Source: Octopus sinensis (lineage: Eukaryota). From it: 64,000 bases of DNA. Shown in pieces: positions 25,062 through 36,452 of this stretch. The notes under the pieces were generated by a model, which did not search any database, was not told where the DNA came from, and was given only the letters and a program-made list of their open reading frames with translations. Positions within the stretch are counted from its first letter, which is position 1; the number at the start of each line of letters is the position of its first letter. The DNA is taken from assembly GCF_006345805.1 (NCBI RefSeq), contig NW_021832601.1, forward strand, positions 105,061 through 169,060, given 5' to 3'. The position numbers were made by a program, and so were the translations under genes.

Positions 25062-26522
25062 AACAATATAATCCCCGCACTTTTTTCCCTTGGCCTGTCT
25101 ATAAACCCTTCGAAATCTGAGATTTTTAACATCTCTTATGATCCCAATTATTTTAACACATCTATCTATCCATTATTTAATTCGCTTCTCCCTAATATCA
25201 AGGCTGTTACATCCTCTGATCTTATTGTCCTTGGCTCCCCAATCTTTTCCTCGGCTATCCCTTCCTTCCTGGAGCTTAAGCTCACAAAAATACAAGAATC
25301 TATAGCCACACTTAAAACAGTCGACGCACATGCTGCCTTCTTCCTGATCAAAAATTTCCTTGCTTTCCCCCGGTTACAATTTTTCTTACAGTCCGCCCCT
25401 TGTCACCGCCATCATTGTGCTCTTCAGCACTTCGATCTTTTGCTAAGAAACTCAATTTCGGCTAATACTAATGTCAATTTTGATGATGCCGGGTGGCAAC
25501 AAGCGATCCTGCCAGTCCGTCACGGCGGACTAGGTCTGCAAGCTCCTTCTGTTTTGGCTCTCCCTTTCTACCTTTCTTCGTCATACCGCTGTAGTCCGCT
25601 TGTCCTTAGGATTCTTTCTCCCCATTCCGAATCCGTTCTGGACCAAGAGCTTTCTCATGGTATCGAAGTTTGGTCTTCCCGTGGCTTCGACATTCCTTGC
25701 TATCCCTGCTATACAAAGGCGTGGACGGAAACAATGTTTCTTCAGTTATACAATTCGCTATTATCCTCCTGTGATCAACACCGGCGCGCTTGTCTTTTGG
25801 CCGCATCCTCCGAATGGAGTGGCGCTTGGCTCAACGCATACCCTTCCGGAAATACGGGAACCCTGCTGGACCCAAAAAGTGTGCAGATTGGCATTTCTCT
25901 TAGACTTGGTCTGGACATCTGCTTTCCACACACTTGCCGCTGTGGTTCTGTCGTAGATCGGAAAGGTCTCCATCCACTTTCCTGTCGCAAAAGCCCTGGC
26001 CGGATTCCCAGGCATTCTGAATTAAATTCCGTAGTAAAACATGCACTTGAAGCAGCCGGATTTCCCTGTCAGCTGGAGCCTCCTGGCCTTCTAAGGGAGG
26101 ATGGTAAGAGACCTGACGGGGTCTCACTCTTTCCCTACAAGAACGGGAAAGCAATCGTCTGGGATGCGACATGCTCTGATACTTTCGCATCATCATGTCT
26201 TTCCTTGTCGGCGGTCGAGGCTGGCTCAGCAGCCAAGAGGGCGGAGACGAAGAAGGCATCTAAGTACGCCTCCCTGATGGACCGTTTCATCTTCGAACCG
26301 GTGTCAGTGGAAACTTCCGGTGTACTTGGCCCGTCTACTCTCCGTTTCCTCTCGAAGATCGGAAGGTCATTGGGAAGGCGAGGAACGACCCCCGTGAACT
26401 GATGTGGCTTTTTGAGCGCATCTCTCTCGCAGTTCTAAGGGGGAACTGTTCCTCGATCCTCCTCTCGGCTGCGGTTCCGCCTCTTAATTAGTGATTTCTT
26501 TACCTTATAAACTGTCATTTAA

Positions 26523-26558
<36 letters not shown>
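25062..26558 (+). mobile_element. 5'-truncated CRE-like RLE non-LTR retrotransposon with poly(A) tail, nested in the Helitron
   Basis: Open RT C-terminus (LGSPI, GGLGL), C-x-C..H..C knuckle, RHSELN, KRPDG..WDATC, 34-nt poly(A) at 26525-26558, short AACT duplication. Empty site visible in the 11095-11400 repeats. Confidence 0.92.
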
Positions 26559-26560
<2 letters not shown>

Positions 26561-26859
26561 ATCAAAGTGTTTTTCAAAATCTGTTAATTGCACACTCTAT
26601 TCAAGGTCGTGCAATCTGTAATTGCACATTCTGTCAAAGTCAAATATGATAATAGCTTTAATTTTGATTCATGGTCGATAATGATATATGCATTTAATTT
26701 TAAAGAGAAAATCATAGGATGAATTGAATTTCTTTATCGCGAATAATTGGGAGTTCATCATTGTTAATATTCTCGCTGTCGTTTTCATCAAGGATATTCT
26801 TAATACGTTAGATTTTTGCCTCGAAGGTTTTAATGGACCTCATTATGAATGTCGAGGAC

Positions 26860-27298
26860 ATTAACGTTGTTCATTTTAATCAAATGCAGAAAATAATTTT
26901 TTGATTTTTTGGCGGGAAGGTTTTAAGGACCTGATCATGTAAGTCGAGGACATCGTAGTTGTTCATTTTAACCAAAATGCAGAAAATTTTTTTTTAATTT
27001 TTTTTGGGGGGGAAGGTTTTAAGGACTTCATCATGTAAGTCGAGGACATTGTAGTTGTTCATTTTAACCAAAATGCAGAAAATTTTTTTTTAATTTTTTT
27101 TGGGGGGGAAGGTTTTAAGGACTTCATCATGTAAGTCGAGGACATTATAGTTGTTCATTTTAACCAAAATGCAGAAAATTTTTTTTTAATTTTTTTTGGG
27201 GGGGAAGGTTTTAAGTACCTCATCATGTAAGTCGAGGACATCGTATTGCCAATTTGAAGTTGGTGTGCACACACAGACAGACAGACAGACAGACAGAC
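26860..27298. repeat. About 98-bp tandem repeat array plus (CAGA)n microsatellite near the Helitron 5' end
   Basis: Repeated CATCATGTAAGTCGAGGACAT..GTTCATTTTAACCAAAATGCAGAAAA..GGGGGGAAGGTTTTAAG; CAGA repeats near 27273-27298. Confidence 0.88.
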
Positions 27299-27529
27299 AC
27301 ACACCATACCATTTTATTATTAAGATTGATTTATTTTAACAAAAATAGAATTTTTAGAAGACAAACATAACTTTAGCCTTTAAAAAAATAAAAACAACTT
27401 ATATTTCGGACCGTAGTTAAATCCAGTTTTGTCCAAACAAAATAAAAAAGAGAACAAAATAAAATTCTCTATTTTTACAGAGTTTTTTAAACCACTTTTT
27501 ATTTTATTACACGTGTTGATTCTTGTTAC

Positions 27530-28215
27530 ATGGTTTTACAACTTACATTACAAGAAAAAGCAGAAATTATTACGTATTATAAAGTCGGAAAGTCATATCG
27601 GGAAATAAGAAATTTGACCGGAAGATCTCTGAGTGCCATCTCGAGAGTCATTCGAAACTTCACCATGAATGATTCCTTCCAGAGAAAAAAAGGCTCAGGA
27701 CGAAGATTTAAACTTAACTCTGATGATCTCGGAATAATTCAACGTGAACAAAAGTTTGGAAAAGGGAACGTAATGGTTTGGGGCGCATTTACATCGAAAT
27801 GTTTTTCGGAACTTGTTTGGATAAAGGGAATTATGAATGGGAACTTATATGTAAGTATCTTGGCGGACTATTTGTTGCCTTTTTTGGAGAAAACCGGAAT
27901 CCGGTCTCCAATTTATCAGCAAGATAATGATCCAAAGCACACATGCAAGGTGGCTAAAGATTTTTTTGATGAACACCGAATTGAGTTATTACAATGGCTT
28001 CCTCAAAGTCCCGATTTGAATCCAATCGAGCACGTGTGGGCCTTCATGAAACATAAAATAAAAGGGACTGAATTTAAAAAAAAGAGTGACCTATTTGAGG
28101 AATTAAAAAATATTTGGAATGATCTTTCAATAGAATATGCGACATCCCTTGTTGAACAATGCGGAACAGAATTTTAGACGCAATTAATGCTCAGGGGGGT
28201 CATACTAAATTTTGA
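27530..28215 (+). pseudogene. Tc1 transposase, internally deleted
   Basis: HTH (GKSYREI..SRVI), VMVWGAF, YQQDNDPKHT, WLPQSPDLNPIEHVW (DD34E type), GGHTKF end after a frameshift. The first catalytic D region is deleted. Confidence 0.92.
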
Positions 28216-28412
28216 ACTACCATTGTTCTCTTTTTTATTTTGTTTGAAAAAAATTTGGTTTAAATACATATTAAAATCTTTGACGTTTGGATTTTTATAA
28301 AAGGCAAAAGTTAAGATTATAGCTTGAAATTCGATTTTTTATTAAAATAAATCAATCATTCAATAGAAAAAAATCGAGAAAATGAGTGTTCCGTTTTTTA
28401 TTTGTATCGCTG

Positions 28413-28889
28413 TAAATTCAATGTTGGATAGTCTGTTACTATTTCAGGTTGGATTCACTGCCGACGCGATCACGGTGGACTGTCTTTATTGACCCCCAAT
28501 CATCTCAAATTTTCACGTTGCTGATAATGCTATAATGCAAGGATCGCTAATTTCAAATCGCTCCTTGTTTTTGCAATAAAGATCTTCTTTCCGATCGTCA
28601 GCACGAGTTTATTCTGCTTGATTTAGAAATGAGTTTTTCAACTCCGAAACACTTTAAAAAATCATTCATTATTGCCTAAAAGTTTTTTTCAAAAAGTGCC
28701 TCGATGTTAAGGTGCCGGACACCATTTAAGAAATGACTCAAGCCGACTGTAGTGATATTATAAAATAGATCGTCCAATTGTCTCTTTTCCGCCTTGATGA
28801 AATTGCTAAAAAATGCAAGTTTCCTGTTTTTAAAGTGGAAGGAGACGGGATTGTTAAATGTATTTTTATCAAAGGTAGTGTATTTAAAG
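28413..28889 (+). pseudogene. aspS: aspS segment between the Tc1 and the hAT, copy 2
   Basis: VTISGWIHCRRDHGGLSFID, then a deletion to [32 protein letters not shown] (motif 2), then RLDEIAKKCKFPVF..IVKCIFIKG. Confidence 0.9.
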
Positions 28890-31122
28890 CAGGGGTCGGC
28901 AGGATTTTTGTCTTCGCGGGCCAAAATTTTATTTTTGTATGCGATCCGGGCCAAACGAGAAAAAATCCTTATCGGTCACAAAAATAAAGCAACGCTTGCA
29001 CATTGCGATCTTTCTTTATCAAGTTTTTTTTGCAACTTTCTTACGAAATAAAAATTTATCAGTTAAAAATGATTATAAAGAAGTGAATTTATTTTACTCA
29101 TTAATCTGACTAGTTGCTAAACGTAATATATCGTTAAGATGTGAATCGGTAATCCTCGTTCTCAGACAATTTTTTACATTATTCATTTTAGAGAATAACT
29201 GTTCACATAAAAATGTGCTTCCAAATATACAAGCCATTTTCATAGCATTGTCGGTTAATTGCGGATATTTTCTGACACATACAAAATTTTTGTAGAAGCT
29301 CAAAATATCCATTTCAGAAAAATATTTTGATTTAAGTGTACTGTCGCATTGAATTTCAAGTAATTCCATTTGATAACACCCTGGTACTGTCTCAGTTTCA
29401 ACATCAAATGGGATTGAAAAAATGTTGAAAAGATTTGTATGAGCCTAAAAAATTATATATGCGCATTTTACTCTTAAATCCATAAAACGTGATGAAAATT
29501 CTGATCTCAATTCCATAACTATGTTTGCATATTCTGGAACATCAGTCGGATTCGTAGAAAGAAAATTCACAAAATGCGTCATGTTTCCTTTTTGTAACTG
29601 TAATTCCCACAACTTCAATTTATTTTCAAAAGCAGTAATTTCGGCATACATTTGGTGTATAAATTTATTACTTCCCTGCAGTTTCAAATTTAAGTCATTT
29701 AGATGTGAAGTTATGTCTACAAAAAATGCCAATTTGGAAATATTATCAGTATTTCGGAAATATGAAGCATCATAATTCTTTTCTTCAAGAAAAATTATAA
29801 CATCTTCCCGTATATGAAAAAACCTTTTGAGCATTGATCCTCTACTAAGCCATCTGACATTACAAAAATATAAAAGATCCCCATATTCTGCTTCAGTGTC
29901 GATTAAAAATTGCCTGAAATGCCGATGATTCAAGCCGCGGGATAAAATAAAATTTACTGCATTAACAACAGCATCCATTGTCTCACGTAACCTGACTGAT
30001 TTGGCAACTAACGCCTCTTGATGAACAATACAGTGAATCTTAACCAAATTGTGCTCAATTCCAAATTTTTCCATTTCATTTTGGAGTAATGTAATAGTTC
30101 CCTTTTTGTTCCCAACCATAGATGGAGCCCCGTCTGTTGTAACTCCAACTAATTTTGAAAGTGGAAGATTTAATTCTGTTAAAAGTTGCATTAAATGCAA
30201 GAAAACGTCGGTTCCTGTCACTGTACCCATAATTGGAATAACTTTGACAAATTCTTCAAAAATTTGGTATGCTTCAGTTATCCCTCGAACAAATATGACA
30301 AGTTGAGAAATATCTCTTCTGTCAGTACTAGTATCCAATGCGATAGAAAAATATTTGAAATTCCCAAAAATGTTTTTTAAAGAGTTATTTAAATCGAATG
30401 ACATTTCTTCTACTCTTCTTGTTACCGTTCTTGGAGATAAACAGATAGATTCAAAAATGTTTCTTTTTGTAGGAAATAGATTTTCAGCTACTGCCATTAA
30501 GCATTGTTTTATAAATTCTCCGTCTGAAAATGGTTTCATTCGTTTCGCAATTATCTTTGAAATTTCGTAACTTGTACGTGGATATCATCTTTTTCACAAC
30601 TCAAATTATTAAAAAATGTTGTTTGCTTTTGGTAATTTTGTTCGAGTCTCTTAATTTCCTTTAAGCGAGATTCTCCTGTAAACTTGCTGAATTTTTCGTA
30701 ATGTCGAGTTTCATAATGTCGCTTGATGTTATAAAGTTTTTTGACAGCAACTTTTTCGAAACATATTAAGCATATACGTTTTCCATAATCCTCAATAAAG
30801 AAATATTCATGAGTCCAATCTGGATTAAACGTACGGGTTTGAAGATCTTTAGTTCTTTTCGAACAATTCGGAATTCAAATTCACCACACAAAATTATTAA
30901 CACGTTTATAAATTTATTTAATTTTTAATAATAGATAAAATGTATGTATAAATCTATATTACTAAAAGTCTAGTACTTTACTAAATTTGCCCGCGGGCCA
31001 TGTTAGTTGGAAAAATTTGTCGGCAGGCCAATTTCCCTTAGTATTATAAAATTTGTTCGCGGGCCATTTTTAAATCTTCCGGGTCCTAATTTGGCCCGCG
31101 GGCCGCGATTTGCCGACCCCTG
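28890..31122 (-). mobile_element. hAT (SPIN/GTF2IRD2-like) element inserted in aspS
   Basis: TIRs CAGGGGTCGGCA / TGCCGACCCCTG, TSD ATTTAAAG at 28882-89 and 31123-30, single ATTTAAAG in copy 3 near 44325. Transposase KPFSDGEFIKQC..ALDTSTD..TTDGAPSM..HCIVHQEAL..VRWLSRG..FGSTFLCEQLFS, frameshifted. Confidence 0.95.
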
Positions 31123-31816
31123 ATTTAAAGGTATTAACCGCTATAACTTTTTTGTCGGAAAGTTTTGTCTTGAAGGAGACGAGCAAATGGTCTGCAATCC
31201 AGCACAATAACTATTAAAAGACATTGAAACTTGTATGAATTCTGAAAGAGACCTTCTCATTTTTGCAGCGGTAGATGAAGCCACAGTCAACCAGGGAATG
31301 GAGCAACTCCGTCGCCTTGTTGCTCTGGAATGCAGCCTCATTGACTCCAATCGCTTTGAGTTTTTTTGGGTCGTTGACTTCTCTTTCTTCGAATGGAATG
31401 CAGATGAAAACAGTCTTACAAGCGTACACCATCCTTTCACAATCCCCAATCCCAATGATTTCAAACTTCTCGAATCCAGCCCTCTAAAAATACAATTACA
31501 AGCCTATCACATCATTATTAGTGGGTGGAAGATTTCAAAGAATTTCAGATTCTCTACCTCATTAAAAAATCTTTAAAGCACTTAAAATCAGTGAAGGGAT
31601 CTAAAAAGAATGTTTAGTGTTTTTCTCAAAGCCCTTCAATATGGGACACTCTGCATCCTTGAGTCGCAATCAGCTTCGATAGACTCATCATGATTCTGAC
31701 TAAAACAGCAAAAATATTCGTGATATCATCGTTTTCCCAAAAACGCAATTAATGATTCAGTGCTTTTCCTCTGTTATTCCTGGGAAGCTCCATGAGCTCG
31801 AGCTAGAAACTGAGCC
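31123..31816 (+). pseudogene. aspS: aspS 3' segment, copy 2
   Basis: GINRYNFFVGKF..FAAVDEATVNQGMEQLRRLVA..EFFWVVDF..HHPFT... The VNQ-x-x-x-LRR-x-x-A stretch matches chlamydial AspRS ANQSLDHLRRLIA as recalled. Confidence 0.9.
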
Positions 31817-31890
31817 CAAAAAATTACTCGGATATAAATCGAGGATATTAAAGTTTAATTTTCAAGAGGATTTGATTAAGAGAAATCAAA

Positions 31891-32376
31891 AGTATTTAAC
31901 AAACTTACAAGTCACTTTCGAGTTTTATTTGTTAGGTCTTTTACACTTAGTTATGCTACTGTAACCCAATGAAGAGAGGCTCCGCAGCCCAACAAGAGCC
32001 AAAGAAAGAGCAAGAAATCGATATTAATAAAGTCTCTAAAGCTTTCGGTCATTTAATTGGTAATAACCTCGAAACTTTGGGATTTGAGTTAGATATCCAA
32101 AAAGTGATTTAAAGAATGAAAGACTTCCTCTGGAAGACTCTCCGAGTGTGTTCAAGCCACCTCAATTGTTCAGGAAGAAGCTTTTCAAAACCCCGCGAGC
32201 AAAAACCTAACTCAAGCAAATGAATTACTTTCTACTAATGTTAGTCAAAAAGGAGTTATCAAACTTGAGAAACACAAACTCAATACCGCATTGAAAACGA
32301 GGAAAAGGCCTGCAAAATACAAAGTTCCAAGCGATGCAACTCTGCAATAGATTTTCCAAAGTGGTTAGGATAGCAG
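31891..32376 (+). pseudogene. mip: mip 5' remnant, copy 2
   Basis: Near-identical to 505-990 (offset 31386). Confidence 0.78.
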
Positions 32377-32385
32377 TTTTTTTCT

Positions 32386-33182
32386 TTATAAAAACACCTG
32401 AAATTTTAGTCTAATCTAAGAAGTCAAAGCAACAGTTGGAGCTTGTACTAACGAGTCTTCTGATAAGTTGATGTTAAAAAGATTAAGATAGCCGATTTTA
32501 GTCATAGATAGTGTCTCCATACTATTTAACGATAAGATGGTAACATAGGCTTGGCAATTTTTTTATTACAAAATTAAAAGAGACCACCTGATAAACAACC
32601 TGATTACGAAGTCGACAACATAGGAAGTACTTTCTTCCTGTATTGAGAAAGTGACTTCTGCTAGTTGCAATGATCTTTAACAGGAGGAATCTGAAAAGTA
32701 AAAACACTTAAGTATCCTTCAATCGAACGATCTTGGCGAAAATGAATTCTAGAAGAACTCCTTTATGTGCTGAAGTAGGAAGATAAGAGAGCTTTGCCAT
32801 CTGAATTGCGAATTGCTGTATGTTGCTAAGGTTCTTTTCTGTGACAATTAATAAAGACAAGGGGGAGTAAAACGAGTAGCCATTTTATTTGTGTGAAGAA
32901 GAATTTCCGTGCTTTACTGTATTATTTCCTGATACAAAAAGCCCAATAATTACGGCAGATGCAGTTCCAATCATAACAGCAGCGGCTGTCTTAATATAGG
33001 CATAGCCATCTTTAACTAAAATAGCTTGAAGAATGCGAATTTTGCCCCCTTATATTTTTAGTATCGATTCGGAGAAAGTGAGAATTTTTACTTTCGATCT
33101 GAATGATCGATATAGGTTTTTTCATCGCATGGGATTTTTTTAATTGAGGGGCTAATCACAGAGGTAAAGATTTTACGTTCGG
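32386..33182 (-). pseudogene. Bacterial-like ORF remnants, partial copy 2
   Basis: Duplicate of about 1000-1797; breaks off at 33182. Confidence 0.5.
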
Positions 33183-33430
33183 TTACCTACCCCACATCTA
33201 CAAGAAGAAAAACTAGGCCACAGCAACCTTTTGTTCCCTAAGGAATCTGCACTTGGATCCGAAGGCCTTACACTAGAGAAAGAGACACAGGAATACATTC
33301 AGTCCTACCTGAAATGAACCCGGGTCAGAGGACTATATATACAAAGCAATAAAGAATTTAATTTCCCTCAATTGCTTCCAGGACGTATCTTAGAAGAGAT
33401 CGGCCGTCATCAACAACTATTTTGCAATTT
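33183..33430 (+). mobile_element. Possible Helitron Rep/helicase-linker remnant at the copy 2/copy 3 junction
   Basis: Frameshifted GLPTP..QEYIQSY-PEMNPGQRTIY.AI resembles the stretch just upstream of the Helitron helicase Walker A (LN.EQR.IY). Confidence 0.4.
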
Positions 33431-33529
33431 TATCGTCTAGTTAATCATCTCAACGTTTTCGCTGCTTTATTATTAGCACTTTCTAAGAACCAAAAGTAAT
33501 TTATTTAATTGATTTTGTTTATGCGTGCC

Positions 33530-33760
33530 ACAGAACGAGTTATTCACTTCTAAACAGAAATAGTTTTCCATTGCTATGTTGACAGGTGGCATCTGGCTTA
33601 TTTGAAGGAGTGACCAAGTAGATGCCATCTTGATTCAATGATACCCAGGCTCAATGGTCTTGCATTACATATTTTGTATAGATTTTTGTTTGACATTTTA
33701 TTTGGCCAGTTAATGCCAAGCAACAGTCAGAGCTTTTCTACAGTAAACCAAAACTGACTT
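33530..33760 (-). mobile_element. Degenerate LINE (RTE-like) RT C-terminal remnant
   Basis: LYKICNARPLSLGIIESRWHLLGH..PVNIAMENYF resembles the RW.LFGH..PA..AM..YF tail of RTE-type ORFs. Confidence 0.55.
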
Positions 33761-34254
33761 AATAGTGTTTTTTAACATTGTTCTAGATTTTTGTAGATAT
33801 ATAAAAAAATAAGATTCATCATCGATCGAATGTAGAAGAGAGGACGGTATCTCACTGGTCCTAAACGACTCGGCCAAAGGCCGGAGGGGTAAGCTTTATT
33901 CGTGAATATGTTTTTCAATTGTCTTATTTCCGCAAGTTCTCTAATTAAGACTCTCAGCTCTCGTATTTTTCTAATTGATCTATCTTTTTTAGACCAAATT
34001 GAACAGGAGTAAACACAAATATCTAATCTAACTTATAAAAATAAACTTGTTTAGCATACAATTCAAATTTTAAAAAGTTCAAAGAAGTTTCCTAAAATTG
34101 ATTATGATATTTTCTGACAGCTATTTTCTAGTTTTTGTAGATATCGATTGTCTTAAGAATATGCACGAGAATCAAGAATTTCCTTGAATAATAAACATAT
34201 GCAAAAATGATGCGGAAAAATCTTAAAATTCATCTAAAATCCATTCATCTAATT

Positions 34255-34758
34255 CAGCGTTTCCCAACCTTTTTGTGCTCGCGGTATCTAAAACTAGGTT
34301 TTTTTTCTCCCGGCACTTAAAAAATCAATATCCATTAGAAATGTTTTTTTAATTAATATATTCAAGCAACTTAACAAAAAATTACCAAAAGTAATTATAA
34401 TAACTGAGACACTTGTGCTTATTTATATGCACACAAAATTTCCAGACGGGAACGAATTTGCGACAAACATACGCGGAGGTCATCTTCAACTGATAACAAT
34501 ATTCTCAGATATGTCTTGTAGACGGCGACTGATAGTATTGTTCGATAATGGAATCTTATTAATCTGTTTGGTTGCTTCCTCCTCAAGAATTTTACTAACA
34601 ATAATTTTGCAGGCGGGTAATATCAATTTTTCTCCAATAGTGTGATTCTTACGGTTTAAAATATTATTATACAACTATAAATAATTTTCAATTTTAAATA
34701 TTAAAGATCTTGCGGCACCTAAAACCAGACCTCGCGGCACCCCGGTTGAGAATCGCTG
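34255..34758 (-). mobile_element. Non-autonomous hAT, copy 3 of 12661-13159
   Basis: Same TIRs and ATCTAATT TSD, so it predates the duplication. Confidence 0.9.
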
Positions 34759-35432
34759 ATCTAATTAGTCAGCTACAAAATTGCTATAGTCTATTCGAGA
34801 ACGATTTTATTTCTGAAATTACATATACTTGATTATTGACGGCCAATATTAAAATCTGTGAATCAGATTTGTGAAAAGCCTTTTTATTATCATTTCACCC
34901 CATGATAACTAATAGACTGAGTGATCACTACAAAAAAAACATTCACAACTAAGTAATCACAGACTTGTATGAGATGATTCGTGTCTTGCGGGAGCGACGG
35001 TTCAGTACTGCCCTTATCATAGGGAATCGTAAGGTTCGTCTGTTTGACTGTTTTGAAGTATTCAGAGAAAATTTTCAATAAAGGCTTACAATAGAGTTAG
35101 ATCTCTGACGAATTTTTTCTGCTTGTCAATATTCAGATCATCTATGGTGGTTGATTAAAAGCAATAGTAGTGAGAAACCTTTTCCGTGCATTCAAATGAA
35201 TCTTATCAAAATTTTATTCATAGACAAGTCTATAGACGTTTCTATGGAGTTTTTGATTTCAAATGTTATTTCCTTGGGCCTAAATTTTTAAATCATTTAA
35301 CTTTTTGTGGTTGTGCATGTCTAGGCATTTAGCACCGCATAAAAATATAATTTTATATTATGAATTGTTTAGTTTATACAATTGAAATATAATAATTAAA
35401 AACATAATTGAGTAATTAATATCTATCTAGGT

Positions 35433-35971
35433 ATGCCTGTAATATTTTCTGTCATGATTGTTAATAAATACGGATCTCTACTCTATTTTTACGAAAAACC
35501 ACAAAAAAACGTACTTGACAACATATCTAACGATAAGAGAATTCAAAAAGAAAAAATTCAGGTTTAAACAACATTTATACAAAACAGAATCATGCAATAA
35601 CAGCGGAGTCTAATGGTCAGATTTCGCAGGCTAAAAATATGAAACTCTCTGACAACGAAAGAATAATAATGGCGAGTACAATGCATTCACTTTTCCACAT
35701 AAGTTGTCAATTGGCTGGTGAAAACGTGGGAAACGGAATACAAGTCATTGAGTCTCCAAATGTTCGAGTTCACTGCTACCAAACTACTACGAGTCTTAAA
35801 TTTGTAGTCGTATCTCAGCCAATAACGTTTCGTATACAACAGCTCATGACCAAGTTGTACATGATCTACGTTGATTTTGCCTTAAAGGACCCTTTTTATA
35901 TTCTTGACATGCCTATTACGTCTCAACTCTTTGAGTCTGCTGTCCACGCTGCACTGGATTTTTATTCATAA
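35433..35971 (+). CDS. TRAPPC4: TRAPPC4, copy 3
   Basis: Near-identical to 13831-14369. Confidence 0.9.
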
Positions 35972-36452
35972 TGAATTTGTAAAGAAATTAACTTTTTAAT
36001 TGTTTCAAGATGTAAACTGATCTTTATGTTCTCCATATATTTATAATTTCAAATAAATAACTTTCATTTTGATAAGTTCTACACATTAGTATTTACGCAT
36101 TTTAGGGTACTTTTTAGATTATAAAACAATGATTATTGCAACTAAAACTATATTCAATAGGAGATGTATTGCTTTTATTGTCATCGTCTCTATAGTTGAT
36201 CTTTTTACTGCCCTACATTGTTTTTCTGAAAATGTTTTAAATGAATACAGTTCAGATTAATACATATTCCGTGATATATATCTTTCTCAAGGTTGAACTT
36301 AAAAAAGTTTGTTTTGTTGCTAAAAAAACTTAACAAATAAAACTCGAAATTATCAGTTTATGAACAACTCTTGTAATTTACGTTTAAATTTGACGTGATA
36401 TTAATTTTTTAGATTTTTAATTAAAGAGTTAAAATTTGTAATAGTTAAAATA

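Larger units (their letters stand above)
22374..27325 (-). mobile_element. Non-autonomous Helitron inserted in the left TIR of the Tc1
   Basis: 5' TC (TCTTAATAATAAAATGG) at 27325, 3' hairpin plus CTAG at 22374, inserted between A and T without a TSD. Removing it rejoins ATTAAATGA|TTGATTTATT, which matches the right TIR. Confidence 0.9.
22318..28412 (+). mobile_element. Tc1-family DNA transposon inserted in aspS and carrying a nested Helitron
   Basis: TIR CAGCGATACAAATAAAAAACGGAACACTCATTTTCTCGATT at 22318, its reverse complement ending 28412, TA TSD on both sides. Empty TA site in copy 3 near 43858. Confidence 0.93.

Noticed and set aside
26860-27245. Regularly spaced repeats (also 11095-11400) as a CRISPR array
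   Set aside because: Whole units repeat with no unique spacers, they lie inside a Helitron, the context is eukaryotic, and no cas genes are present.
21503-32376. Reading hisS/aspS as nuclear genes for mitochondrial synthetases, or as bacterial contamination
   Set aside because: There are no introns although every host gene has them. The HisRS is bacterial-type, there is an ATGA operon overlap and an adjacent mip, the ORFs are heavily decayed, and they carry host transposon insertions with empty-site sister copies.
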